Shown here piece after piece: positions 1 through 8,607 of a stretch of 64,000 nucleotides of DNA. Every line of letters begins with the position of its first letter. The stretch's first letter is position 1. The translations under genes and the position numbers were made by a program. A model generated the notes under the pieces. That model saw only the letters and a program-made list of their open reading frames with translations, did not search any database and was not told the DNA's origin. This DNA comes from Clostridia bacterium (GTDB lineage: Bacteria; Bacillota; Clostridia; Christensenellales; CAG-138): positions 5,714-69,713 of the forward strand of contig JAFYJD010000012.1 in the NCBI GenBank assembly GCA_017538255.1, written 5' to 3'.

Positions 1-287
1 GTTTTGGAGGCTTCTTCAATTATTGAAGCGATATTGTTGACAGCGGGAGGGAGATTATTTGCAAGTCGCGTCATCTCAAAGTATTTTAGATCGTTAAGCA
101 TCATCTCGCAAACGGCGCAGGATAATTTCCAGATATCAGTTTCCGCATCTGTTATAACGGTTACTGCTTTGCCGTCGTCCGATACTCTTTCAACAACCGA
201 TTTGCTGTTTTCCGCCGCCAATCGCTTTTTGAGCAGGATTTCGATATCCGCATCATACTCATTAGTGAACAGAGAGTATTGCTGCAT
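1..287 (-). CDS. hypothetical protein, N-terminal part only (runs off left edge)
   Basis: The reverse strand reads AAGGAGcgttt-ATG (ATG = 287..285), then MQQYSLFTNEYDADIEILLKKRLAAENSKSVVERVSDDGKAV..., open to position 1. It is absent from the ORF track because no stop lies in the window. The + ORF 4..300 is its low-complexity shadow. Confidence 0.5.
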   Translation of the reverse strand, partial: MQQYSLFTNEYDADIEILLKKRLAAENSKSVVERVSDDGKAVTVITDAETDIWKLSCAVCEMMLNDLKYFEMTRLANNLPPAVNNIASIIEEASK

Positions 288-400
288 AAACGCTCCTTGA
301 ACGCATAAGCGCGAGTTTTGAGAGGCAAAAACCGCTCAATCCGTATTATGTGATTAATCCGCTAAAAGGTGAATGCTATTTTATGGAAACTGAAGGAAAG

Positions 401-433
401 CAAACAAAAACCGCGCCGTATTTTAGGCGCGGG
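401..433 (-). terminator. rho-independent terminator after the radical SAM gene
   Basis: Stem ccgcgcc (411-417) pairs with ggcgcgg (426-432). An A-run at 405-410 gives a U-run on the minus-strand transcript. Confidence 0.7.
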
Positions 434-522
434 CCAAAGTGCTGCTTTATGAGCGGACGGAAACGGGAGGGAAGACCACAGGCACATCAGCTCTGTTAGG
501 ATTTATCCAAAGACCGATGCGT

Positions 523-1464
523 TCATTCAAAGAATCCGTTAAACGCAGGCGTGAACGAACTATCCGCAGAATTAAGACCCTGCATATAGATGTTTGTAAA
601 TCCAAGCGAAAGCGCGTAATCGAGTGCGCGGTCATACTCGCGTTTTTTGAGTTTTCGGTCAAGCGGCGGCGGGGGAGCGCAGAATGGCGTGTATTGACTC
701 ATCAGCGAGATATGTGTGGAAAGAGGCAGTTCGCTCTTGATAAAGTCCAGCACACCGCGCGTTTCGTCAACGGATGCGGGAAGCACCAAATGCCTGATTA
801 GCATTCCTCTTTGGGCGATACCGCAGTCATCAACGGTCAGTTCGCCGCATTGCCGATACATCTCCAGTACCGCTTTTGAAGCAAACTCGAAATAGTTCTT
901 TGTATGGCTGTATCTATCGGCGGCTATGGAACTTCTGTATTTAAGATCGGGCAGGTAGACGTCAACAAGCCCTTCAAGGCGCTTCAAGGTATCGACCCGT
1001 TCATAGGCGTTCGTATTGTAAACGATCGGAATGTTGAGCCCACAGTTTTTTGCTTTTGTTATCGCTTTGACGATCAACTCGATATGCGGGCTCGGCGTAA
1101 CGAAATTTATGTTGTGTGCGCCCAGTTCCATCAGTGCAAGCATCGTGTCGGTTAGTTCGCTGTCATCGATCAGCCGTCCCTTTTGCTTGCGGCTGATATC
1201 AAAGTTCTGGCAGAATACGCAGCGCATATTGCACCCGGAAAAGAAGACGGCGCCGCTGCCGCGATCGCCGGAGATAGGCGGTTCCTCATAGTAATGCCTT
1301 GCGGCTCTGGCGACATACGCGCAGAACCGTAGGTCGCGACCGCTTAATTCGGTTGGTTCAAATTTGCCGACACCGCAGGCACCGCAAGTTATGCTCCTGT
1401 CAGCCCCGCAGTCAATGGGACAGATATGGCATGAGGATCGGATTTGATAGGGGCTGTCAGTCAT
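523..1464 (-). CDS. radical SAM protein, PflX-like (COG1313-type, pyruvate formate-lyase activase-related)
   Basis: CX3CX2C cluster motif GCNMRCVFCQN with an N-terminal Cys-rich region (CHICPIDCG..CGACG). The preferred start is ATG 1464, which overlaps the upstream kinase stop (ATGACTGA). The track start at 1482 is a TTG. Confidence 0.8.
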   Translation of the reverse strand: MTDSPYQIRSSCHICPIDCGADRSITCGACGVGKFEPTELSGRDLRFCAYVARAARHYYEEPPISGDRGSGAVFFSGCNMRCVFCQNFDISRKQKGRLIDDSELTDTMLALMELGAHNINFVTPSPHIELIVKAITKAKNCGLNIPIVYNTNAYERVDTLKRLEGLVDVYLPDLKYRSSIAADRYSHTKNYFEFASKAVLEMYRQCGELTVDDCGIAQRGMLIRHLVLPASVDETRGVLDFIKSELPLSTHISLMSQYTPFCAPPPPLDRKLKKREYDRALDYALSLGFTNIYMQGLNSADSSFTPAFNGFFE

Positions 1465-3331
1465 AGTGCTTTGACTCCGCAATCATGGAATGTATCTTCG
1501 CTTTGATAACCGGAGGCAGTGGCGGCGAGGAAGCAGGGGAGTCTATAGAAATGTTTGGGTGCTCACCGTCAGAAGCATATCTTTCAACCGTGAAAATAAA
1601 GCGGATAATGCCATTTGTGTAGTCAACACAAATACGTTCTCCGAGCAGATTCAGCACCTCGGAAACGATGGCAAGACCAAGCCCCGTGCCCTCGACGGCA
1701 TGAGCGTGATCGGCTTTGTAGAAGCGCTCAAAAATATGCTCAAGATCGATGGGGGCTATCGTGGCGGCATTGGAAACGGCAAGAATGTATTTGTTATCGC
1801 GCTGCGACAGGAAAAGTTCGATGTCGACCGTGCATCCGTCATCGCCGTGCTTTATCGCGTTGTCAACAAGCGCAACGAGTATCTGCTCTATGCGTGCGGA
1901 GTTGGTCTCGGAAAGATACTCGCCTTCGGGCGCAAGCAGACGGACGGATATTCCGCGATTATGCGCCGATTCGTTCATAACGTCGGCTATGTCATAGAGT
2001 ATCTCATAAAGTTCGACGCGCTCCTTGGTAAATGCAACACCGCCGCTTTGCAGGCGGGACAGTTCGAGCAGATCGTCGATAAGATCGGACAGGCGCATCG
2101 ATTCACGCTGAATGTAGCCGTAATAGCGTTTTTTGTCTTCTTCGTCAGTGATCAGACCATCGTTAAGCGCGTCCGATATGCTTCGTATCGACGCAAGCGG
2201 CGTGCGAAGTTCGTGGCTTACGTTCGCGACGTAATCCTTACGCGTCTGCTCAAGCCGCTCGCTTTCGGTTATGTCGCGAATCATAGCGACAGCGCCGCAG
2301 AGTGTGCCGTTATCTTCGTGGATCGGAGCGACGGTGGTGCTCAAAGTTCGGCCATTATTCTTGATAAGCGCGCGCTCGGCCTTGTCGCCGTCAAGCACGC
2401 TGATTATGACCTTTGATATTTCGGAATACAGCGGCAGATCTGCGGGTGATTCAATCGAAGAATCACCGCATAGAAGCATAATTGCGGAAGGATTGAATTG
2501 CGTTATCATCGCGTTTTTATCGACGGCGATGATGCCTTCCGCAATACCGCCGATGATCGCGCTCAAACGGTTTCGCTCGATTATCAGTGTATCTATGTTG
2601 CTTTCAAGCGCGATCGCAAGCGTGTTGAAGGATTGCGCAAGATGTTTTGATACAAAGCCGCCGGACACCTTTGTACGAATGGAAAGGTCGCCCTTTGCCA
2701 TTTCTATCGCAGCATCGGATATGGAACGCAAGGGCTTTGTTGAATAGATGAATACGATAATGATAGGGAGGAGAGCAAGCACCAAAACGAGTATCGTAAG
2801 CGGCGCGAACTTCATCGAAAGCGCATCGACACTCTTTCTGGCGATTCCTCCGGTATGCTGGATGAGTATGACCGCGCCGACAGTATTGCCGTTTGAGTCC
2901 CTGATGGGCGTGCCAACGGCAACGCCTGCATGCGTGCGGGAGTCGCTCATCTCATTGCCGCTCATAACGCCGCTGAAGAACTCTGTGATTACGTCGTTTA
3001 CTTTATCGATGCTAAGATCGGCGTCGTTGGTCAATACCCGACCGGTAGCGTCGACTATGTATATTGAAGAATCGGATTGAAGATCCGACAGATAAAAACG
3101 CTTTTCAAGCGAGTTAAGATCCAGCCCCTTTTGGTAGTATTCCTCGGTCAGCTGCCGAGAAAGTATGCGGGCGCGGGGCATAAGTTCTTCGGCCTTGAAA
3201 TCAAAATAAATATCGTTACCGAAAATAGAAAACAGAACGATTATCCCCGCGATGAACAACAGCACGGTACCGAGGATGAGCATTATGATGATTTTAACAG
3301 AACTCGCAGATCTTTTAGCGCTCTTTTTCAT
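1457..3331 (-). CDS. sensor histidine kinase (2 TM, extracytoplasmic loop, HAMP, PAS, HisKA, HATPase_c)
   Basis: H-box VSHELRTPL, an N-box (DNAIKH) and G-boxes (GTGLGLAIV), plus two hydrophobic helices flanking a loop of about 130 aa. Confidence 0.9.
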   Translation of the reverse strand: MKKSAKRSASSVKIIIMLILGTVLLFIAGIIVLFSIFGNDIYFDFKAEELMPRARILSRQLTEEYYQKGLDLNSLEKRFYLSDLQSDSSIYIVDATGRVLTNDADLSIDKVNDVITEFFSGVMSGNEMSDSRTHAGVAVGTPIRDSNGNTVGAVILIQHTGGIARKSVDALSMKFAPLTILVLVLALLPIIIVFIYSTKPLRSISDAAIEMAKGDLSIRTKVSGGFVSKHLAQSFNTLAIALESNIDTLIIERNRLSAIIGGIAEGIIAVDKNAMITQFNPSAIMLLCGDSSIESPADLPLYSEISKVIISVLDGDKAERALIKNNGRTLSTTVAPIHEDNGTLCGAVAMIRDITESERLEQTRKDYVANVSHELRTPLASIRSISDALNDGLITDEEDKKRYYGYIQRESMRLSDLIDDLLELSRLQSGGVAFTKERVELYEILYDIADVMNESAHNRGISVRLLAPEGEYLSETNSARIEQILVALVDNAIKHGDDGCTVDIELFLSQRDNKYILAVSNAATIAPIDLEHIFERFYKADHAHAVEGTGLGLAIVSEVLNLLGERICVDYTNGIIRFIFTVERYASDGEHPNISIDSPASSPPLPPVIKAKIHSMIAESKHYD

Positions 3332-3375
3332 ACTGAACTAAATGCGGCGGATATGCACCCGCCGCCAAACGGAAC

Positions 3376-4113
3376 TTATTCCTTTGCAATATAATCGGAG
3401 TACATATCCGAGCCGATGTCTTCGCCGACTTCAAATCTATAGCCGACGCCGTATACGGTTTTGATCGACCAACCGCGTTCCACGCGCTGAACCAGTTTCT
3501 GCCTTATGCGTTTGATTTGGGTATCGACGGCGCGTGTATCGCCGTAGTAATCATATCCCCACACCGTTGCAAGTATCTTTTCGCGCGAAAAGACTTTGCC
3601 GGGATGCGATGCAAGCAGTTGGAATATCTCAACTTCCTTTGGCGTGAGGGGGAGCCTTTCGCCGTCTATGCGAACATCGTAATTGTTGATGTTGATTTCA
3701 AGGTTGCCGTATTTAAGGATCTGAGCAGGTTCCTCTTCCTGGGTATTGAATCGCCTTAAAACCGCCTTGACACGTGCGACTACCTCGCGCGCGCTGAATG
3801 GTTTGACGATATAATCGTCTGCGCCGAGTTCGAGCCCAAGCACGCGGTCAATCTCCTCGGATTTTGCGGTAAGCATAATTATCGGTATATTGGAGGTCTG
3901 TCGAACGGTGCGGCAAACATCCATACCGCTTCTTTTTGGCATCATAAGATCAAGGATGATGAGGTTGGGCTTTTTCTTGTTGAACTCATCGACAGCCTGA
4001 TCGCCGTCATAAGCCGAAATATACTCAAAACCCTCGCTTTTGAGGTATACGCCGAGCGTTTCGTGGATGATATGCTGATCGTCGCAGATCAGAATCAGTT
4101 GTTTAGACGCCAT
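3376..4113 (-). CDS. OmpR/PhoB-family response regulator
   Basis: Receiver domain (ILICDDQ...LDLMMP...MLTAK) plus a winged-helix C-terminus (LTPKEVEIFQLL...VDTQIKRIRQKL). The start is moved to ATG 4113, preceded by AAAGGAGA (4121-4128). Confidence 0.9.
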   Translation of the reverse strand: MASKQLILICDDQHIIHETLGVYLKSEGFEYISAYDGDQAVDEFNKKKPNLIILDLMMPKRSGMDVCRTVRQTSNIPIIMLTAKSEEIDRVLGLELGADDYIVKPFSAREVVARVKAVLRRFNTQEEEPAQILKYGNLEININNYDVRIDGERLPLTPKEVEIFQLLASHPGKVFSREKILATVWGYDYYGDTRAVDTQIKRIRQKLVQRVERGWSIKTVYGVGYRFEVGEDIGSDMYSDYIAKE

Positions 4114-4144
4114 ATCAACATCTCCTTTGTTGTCGCTGGCTAAT

Positions 4145-4173
4145 ATTATAAGCCCAAATTGCCGATGTTGCAA
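4145..4173 (-). promoter_or_regulatory. putative sigma-A promoter of the RR-HK-radical SAM operon
   Basis: On the minus strand: TTGCAA (4173-4168), 17 nt, TATAAT (4150-4145). Confidence 0.4.
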
Positions 4174-4235
4174 GGTTAATTTGGATATGACACATACTTA
4201 TACCTGTTTTGACACATTGCAAGAACTCTCATCGC

Positions 4236-4264
4236 TTGAAAATGATCGTGATTATTGATATAAT
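4236..4264 (+). promoter_or_regulatory. putative sigma-A promoter (divergent)
   Basis: TTGAAA (4236-4241), 17 nt, TATAAT (4259-4264), about 40 nt upstream of the 4306 start. Confidence 0.4.
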
Positions 4265-4305
4265 ACTGAACGAAACGATATCCATACAAAAGGGGAGTGT
4301 AGCAG

Positions 4306-5079
4306 ATGTTCAAAAAGTGCGCCGCGTCGATAGTCGCGTTTGTGTTGGCGGCAGTCTTGCTTTGTGTTCCGCTCAATGCCGCCGAAGCGCCTGAGAGCGT
4401 CTATCAGGACGGCTCGACGGGGGATATGGTCGTTTGCATTCAGCTTCGTCTGCGTGAACTCGGCTATCTCTGCTACCGTCCGACAGGCGCCTACCGCGCA
4501 ATGACTACGGATGCCGTAAAACTATTCCAAACGAACTGCGCCGCTTCGGGCGTGGGATTGACGGTAGACGGCAGATGCGGAAGCGATACATTAAGTCGGC
4601 TCTTTGATGTCAACGCGCCTCGCGTGAAGATACCGGATTCCGTACACATACCGCGCGGCCCGCTTTCAAGCCCGCTCAAAATGACAGGCGAGATACTTGA
4701 GTGGAGCAGTGTTAAGCTAAAACTCAAGGTCGGAAACGAGTATAAGATCACCGATTGCAATACGGGCGAAGTGTTTCAACTCGTTTTCGTCGGCGGAACA
4801 AATCACGCAGAGATGGAACCCGCGCGTATCGCCGATAAGGGCATATTCAACAAGATCTGCGGTGCTGAACATAACTATCTTAAACGCCCTGTTGTTGTCG
4901 AGATCGGCGGAGCGAATATCGCCGCCAGTATGCAGTGCTATCCGCACGGCGTTGATATGATCGACGACAACGGCATTGATGGTCATATCTGTGTTTTCTT
5001 TGCGGGCAGCCTTTCGCATATAGGCTCCCTGCCTGATGTAGAGCACGATGCCGTCGTGCGTTCTGCGGCAGGTCGTTAA
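4306..5079 (+). CDS. secreted protein with peptidoglycan-binding (PG_binding_1-like) domain and an unassigned C-terminal domain
   Basis: Signal peptide MFKKCAASIVAFVLAAVLLCVPLNA. A PG-binding-like segment GSTGDMVVCIQLRLRELGYL...AVKLFQ...GLTVDGRCG. RBS GGGGAG upstream. Confidence 0.6.
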   Translation: MFKKCAASIVAFVLAAVLLCVPLNAAEAPESVYQDGSTGDMVVCIQLRLRELGYLCYRPTGAYRAMTTDAVKLFQTNCAASGVGLTVDGRCGSDTLSRLFDVNAPRVKIPDSVHIPRGPLSSPLKMTGEILEWSSVKLKLKVGNEYKITDCNTGEVFQLVFVGGTNHAEMEPARIADKGIFNKICGAEHNYLKRPVVVEIGGANIAASMQCYPHGVDMIDDNGIDGHICVFFAGSLSHIGSLPDVEHDAVVRSAAGR

Positions 5080-5163
5080 CGCCTTCATCGGGTATTGAGT
5101 TTTCTACAACTCGGTGCTATACTATACATTGTTTATTCTTCACAGTTGTTTCACGGAGCGGTT

Positions 5164-5718
5164 ATGAAGCATATCCCCAATATTCTTTCGGCATTCAGAC
5201 TTGCACTCGTTGGAGTGTTTATTTGGCTTTTTACAAAAGAGCAGTATCTTGCCTGCTTGATAGTCTACCTCGTTTCATTCGGAACGGACGTGCTCGACGG
5301 TTATCTCGCAAGACGCAATAACTGGGTGTCGAATGTTGGCAAAGTGCTCGATCCGCTCGCCGATAAAGCGATGCTTATCGCGGTTTTATGCTGTTTTTAT
5401 TCCGTTTCCGCAATACCGCTGTATGTGCTTGTGATCGTTATCTGCAAAGAGGTCAGTATGATCGCGATCGGCGCTGTGCTTTATGCCAAAAAGATAGTCG
5501 TGTATTCGGATTGGTTCGGAAAGATCGCGACAGGGCTTTTTGCGCTTGCGATAGTTTTGACGTTTGTGCATCTTATCTGGAATTGGCCGAGCAACCCCAT
5601 ACACATCTATGTTTATCTTGTTGCTATCGCGGTCGGCATCGCATCGTTTTTCCACTACGGCATCAAGACTTTTATTAAAAAACAGGGTAACGGCCGTATC
5701 GACGAGGGCGATAAATAA
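5164..5718 (+). CDS. pgsA: CDP-alcohol phosphatidyltransferase (CDP-diacylglycerol--glycerol-3-phosphate 3-phosphatidyltransferase-like)
   Basis: Signature DGYLARRNNWVSNVGKVLDPLADK (D-G-x2-A-R-x8-G-x3-D-x3-D) in a multi-TM protein. The start is moved to ATG 5164 (MKHIPNILSAFRL). Confidence 0.8.
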   Translation: MKHIPNILSAFRLALVGVFIWLFTKEQYLACLIVYLVSFGTDVLDGYLARRNNWVSNVGKVLDPLADKAMLIAVLCCFYSVSAIPLYVLVIVICKEVSMIAIGAVLYAKKIVVYSDWFGKIATGLFALAIVLTFVHLIWNWPSNPIHIYVYLVAIAVGIASFFHYGIKTFIKKQGNGRIDEGDK

Positions 5719-5781
5719 TCCGTTCTGCACATTTTTGCAAAAACAGAATAGTATTAGAGCAAGAAATCTTTTTGGAGGTAA

Positions 5782-6789
5782 ATGATGAAAAAGTTTCTTG
5801 TTCTTTTTCTTTGTGCGGTTTTGATCGCTTCCGCATTTGCGGCTTGCACAAATAAACCGCACGAAGGTGCGCGCAAGGTCGTGCTGAATGAAGTGACCCG
5901 CTCCGTATTCTATGCGCCGCTCTATGTCGCGGCGGGGCTCGGCTACTTTGAGGAAGAGGGCATCGACCTTGAGATCGTAACGGGCGGCGGCAGCGACAAG
6001 AGTATGACGGCGCTTATCGCGGGCGAGGCGCAGTTTGCACTTATGGGTCCGGAAACGGGCGTATATGTAGTCAATGAGGGAAACAGCGATCATCCAATGG
6101 TGATTGGGCAGTTGACCAAGCGCGACGGATCGTTTCTGATCGCGCGCGCTCCGACCGACAACTTTTCGTGGGAGGATCTCAGGGGCAAGTCGGTCATTGG
6201 CGGGCGTCCCGGCGGTATGCCGTATATGACGCTCAACTACGTTCTTAAACAGAACGGACTTACTCCCGGAGAAGATGTTGAGGTCATCAGCAATGTTCAG
6301 TTCAATCTGATGGCGGGCGCGTTTGAAGGCGGTACCGGCGATTATGTGACGCTGTTTGAGCCGACCGCGACGCTGTTTGAACGGAACGGAAGCGGCTATA
6401 TCGTTGCAAACATCGGTCTTGAATCGGGCGAAGTGCCCTATACCGCGTTTATGACTATGCCCAAAATGATAAAGGATGAGCCGGAACTTGTCGAGGCGTT
6501 CGTTCGTGCCGTATACAGGGGACAGCGCTATGTTCAAAACAATTCGGACGCCGACGTCGCCAAGGCTATGCAGACGTTTTTCCCGGATACCGACATACCG
6601 ACGCTCGAGATCGTTGCAAAGAGTTATCGCGCAACGGATTCATGGATGAAGACGCCCGTTATGACGGAGGACGCTTTCATAAGGCTTCAGGATGTTATGG
6701 ACTCAAACGGTGAACTTAAAAAGCGCGTTGAGTTCAAAGAACTGATCGATAATTCTTTTGCGGAAAAAGTCGTTGAAAAGGTGAAATAA
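5782..6789 (+). CDS. lipoprotein, ABC-type substrate-binding protein (NMT1/THI5- or SsuA/TauA-like)
   Basis: Lipobox LIASAFAAC. The SBP-like sequence resembles the nitrate/sulfonate/HMP-binding family. RBS GGAGG. No permease or ATPase gene is adjacent. Confidence 0.65.
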   Translation: MMKKFLVLFLCAVLIASAFAACTNKPHEGARKVVLNEVTRSVFYAPLYVAAGLGYFEEEGIDLEIVTGGGSDKSMTALIAGEAQFALMGPETGVYVVNEGNSDHPMVIGQLTKRDGSFLIARAPTDNFSWEDLRGKSVIGGRPGGMPYMTLNYVLKQNGLTPGEDVEVISNVQFNLMAGAFEGGTGDYVTLFEPTATLFERNGSGYIVANIGLESGEVPYTAFMTMPKMIKDEPELVEAFVRAVYRGQRYVQNNSDADVAKAMQTFFPDTDIPTLEIVAKSYRATDSWMKTPVMTEDAFIRLQDVMDSNGELKKRVEFKELIDNSFAEKVVEKVK

Positions 6790-6875
6790 GATCGGTTTAG
6801 CGGCGCAGTCAAATGCGCCGCTCCCTTTTATTCCGGATTTGTGATATAATCGGTACGTTAAATGGGGAGGCTGCT

Positions 6876-7595
6876 ATGCGAATACTCGATATCGATCTTG
6901 ATTTTTTTCTGAAAGACTGCTGTGAACTTGCTCCGCTCGGACAAAGACCTCCGATAATAGGCAATGCCGTTTGGAGCGAGGCGGAAACTCGCGCCTTTTT
7001 GGAGAACGCGCTCGGTCTGTCAAAGGTGAATAAAACGCAGGGCAGAATGTTTGAAACGCACGATAAAGCACTCGTATTCTGGGATGAACTTATCAAGAGC
7101 GGAAGGCTTGACATACCGTTTGAGGTGACGCATATCGACGCGCACAGCGATCTCGGAATCGGAAGGCCCGGTCCCGGATTCGTGCTGAATTCGGTCATTA
7201 CGCTCGCACCGGAAAAACGCGCCGATATTGAGCGCTATTATAGGATGAATGAACTTGATGAAGCGAATTATCTGCTGTTCGCAATAGGCTTTCGATGGAT
7301 AAGCTCCGTGGACAATGTTAGGATACCGCGCTCAAGACCCGATATCCCGAACTTTGCCGTCAAAAACGGTGCGGGGGAGTATTCGCATATTCGCCTTGCT
7401 TCTTTTGCTTCAAAACTGCTTGAAAGCAAAAACGGCGCAGAACCGCCCGTTGCGTTTCGGGTTTATGAAGATCATACCAAGTTCAAATCAACAGGTAAAT
7501 ATGATTACATTTCGGTTGCACGGTCGCCAAGATATGCCCCAAAGGAAGCCGATGCGCTGTTTGAGATAATAGGGGAATACATATTGCCGATTTAG
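6876..7595 (+). CDS. UPF0489-family protein (unknown function)
   Basis: N-terminal MRILDIDLDFF and the metal-site-like THIDAHSDLG recall the UPF0489 (C5orf22-like) family. The start is moved to ATG 6876 after GGGGAGG. Confidence 0.5.
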   Translation: MRILDIDLDFFLKDCCELAPLGQRPPIIGNAVWSEAETRAFLENALGLSKVNKTQGRMFETHDKALVFWDELIKSGRLDIPFEVTHIDAHSDLGIGRPGPGFVLNSVITLAPEKRADIERYYRMNELDEANYLLFAIGFRWISSVDNVRIPRSRPDIPNFAVKNGAGEYSHIRLASFASKLLESKNGAEPPVAFRVYEDHTKFKSTGKYDYISVARSPRYAPKEADALFEIIGEYILPI

Positions 7596-7665
7596 TATAA
7601 AAACGGATCTCCCAATAATGGCGTGGAGATCCGCTGCTGTGTATACATATGCAAACAATATCGAT

Positions 7666-8361
7666 TCATTCGATCCCGCGAAGCCGCGCTTCGGGGATCT
7701 TCTTTTTAACGATATCAAGATAGCGGTGCATCGTTTGATCGTCGGCGGGGGAGTGCCCATCCTCGATAAGCGCGCCGGAATCGACAAACTTCTGCAAAAA
7801 ATAATGCGCTTCGCCGGACAGCCACTCGCCGATGCATTCAAAATCATATTCTGTGTGCATATCGCCTACAACGGTGGTGCGAAACTCGTGATCGATCCCG
7901 GATGTTCGTATCAGATCGACGCTGTCGAGTATCGGTTTTACATCAAAGTTTGTGATGCCCGAAAGTTTACCGTAGTTTTCCGGCGCTGCCTTTATATCCA
8001 TCGCGATTGAGTCAACGAGCCGGCCCTCTATTATCGGGCGCAGCTTGTCAAACAGATGCCCGTTCGTGTCAAGCTTTACAAGCAGCCCGATGCGCTTGAT
8101 CTCCAGAATAAAGCGCACAAGATCCTGCTGAAGCAATGGCTCGCCGCCGGAGATGCATACGCCGTCAAGCATTTTTTTATGCTTTTCGATATGCTCAAGA
8201 ACCGATTCCTCGGATAAGGTCGGATTGAGTTTGGGGCTGATAACAAGATCTGAGTTCTGGCAAAACGGGCAGCGGAAATTACAGCCGCCCGTGAATACGG
8301 TCGTCGCCACTTTTCCAGGGTAATCCAGTAGCGTGAGTTTTTGAAGTCCTTTGATCTCCAT
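7666..8361 (-). CDS. anaerobic ribonucleotide reductase activating protein-type radical SAM enzyme (NrdG2-like)
   Basis: LLDYPGKVATTVFTGGCNFRCPFCQN motif. The start is moved to ATG 8361 (MEIKGLQK). No nrdD or other glycyl-radical enzyme gene lies in the window. Confidence 0.75.
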   Translation of the reverse strand: MEIKGLQKLTLLDYPGKVATTVFTGGCNFRCPFCQNSDLVISPKLNPTLSEESVLEHIEKHKKMLDGVCISGGEPLLQQDLVRFILEIKRIGLLVKLDTNGHLFDKLRPIIEGRLVDSIAMDIKAAPENYGKLSGITNFDVKPILDSVDLIRTSGIDHEFRTTVVGDMHTEYDFECIGEWLSGEAHYFLQKFVDSGALIEDGHSPADDQTMHRYLDIVKKKIPEARLRGIE

Positions 8362-8463
8362 ATTGATAAATCGCTTTCTTTTGATCTCAAATTGATTATA
8401 GCGCAAAATCGTCGCTTTTGAGCAGTCGAATAAAAATATATTGCCGATTCCCCATAATACTGC

Positions 8464-8492
8464 TTGACATAGCCCGTAAAAAGCGTTAAACT
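8464..8492 (+). promoter_or_regulatory. sigma-A promoter of the hrcA-grpE-dnaK-dnaJ operon
   Basis: TTGACA (8464-8469), 17 nt, TAAACT (8487-8492), immediately upstream of CIRCE. Confidence 0.55.
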
Positions 8493-8495
8493 ATG

Positions 8496-8522
8496 TTAGC
8501 ACTCAAATGGCGCGAGTGCTAA
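8496..8522 (+). promoter_or_regulatory. CIRCE operator (HrcA binding site)
   Basis: Perfect consensus TTAGCACTC-N9-GAGTGCTAA (ttagcactc aaatggcgc gagtgctaa). Confidence 0.92.
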
Positions 8523-8607
8523 CGACCGTCGCAAACAAGGTATATTTACATATGCGCGGCTAAAAACTCGCCAAAATGTAAATACTGCGGTGAAAGGAGG
8601 ATGTATA

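Noticed and set aside
4-300. Track ORF 4-300 (+, 98 aa), and the N-terminally extended starts in the track for many genes (for example 3376-4173, 5095, 6813, 8406, 13561, 14399, 17433, 17594, 21846, 22031, 29991, 31447, 41550, 51507).
   Set aside because: The 4-300 product is Ser/Ile-rich nonsense opposite a better minus-strand gene with an RBS. For the others, an internal ATG, GTG or TTG preceded by a GGAGG-type RBS coincides with the conserved family N-terminus. The upstream extensions overlap neighbouring genes, promoters or hairpins.
5386-6537. Very long antisense ORFs in the track: 5386-6537 (383 aa), 16279-17277, 18938-19867, 22217-23188, 42096-43139, 45601-46506, 49457-50476, and 9561-10225 opposite grpE.
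   Set aside because: Each lies entirely opposite a gene with unmistakable family motifs (SBP, glyA, ABC, lyase, hslU, ABC, argS, grpE). Their translations are Arg/Ala/His-rich and low in complexity, with no motifs or RBS. These are typical shadow frames of GC-biased third-position coding.
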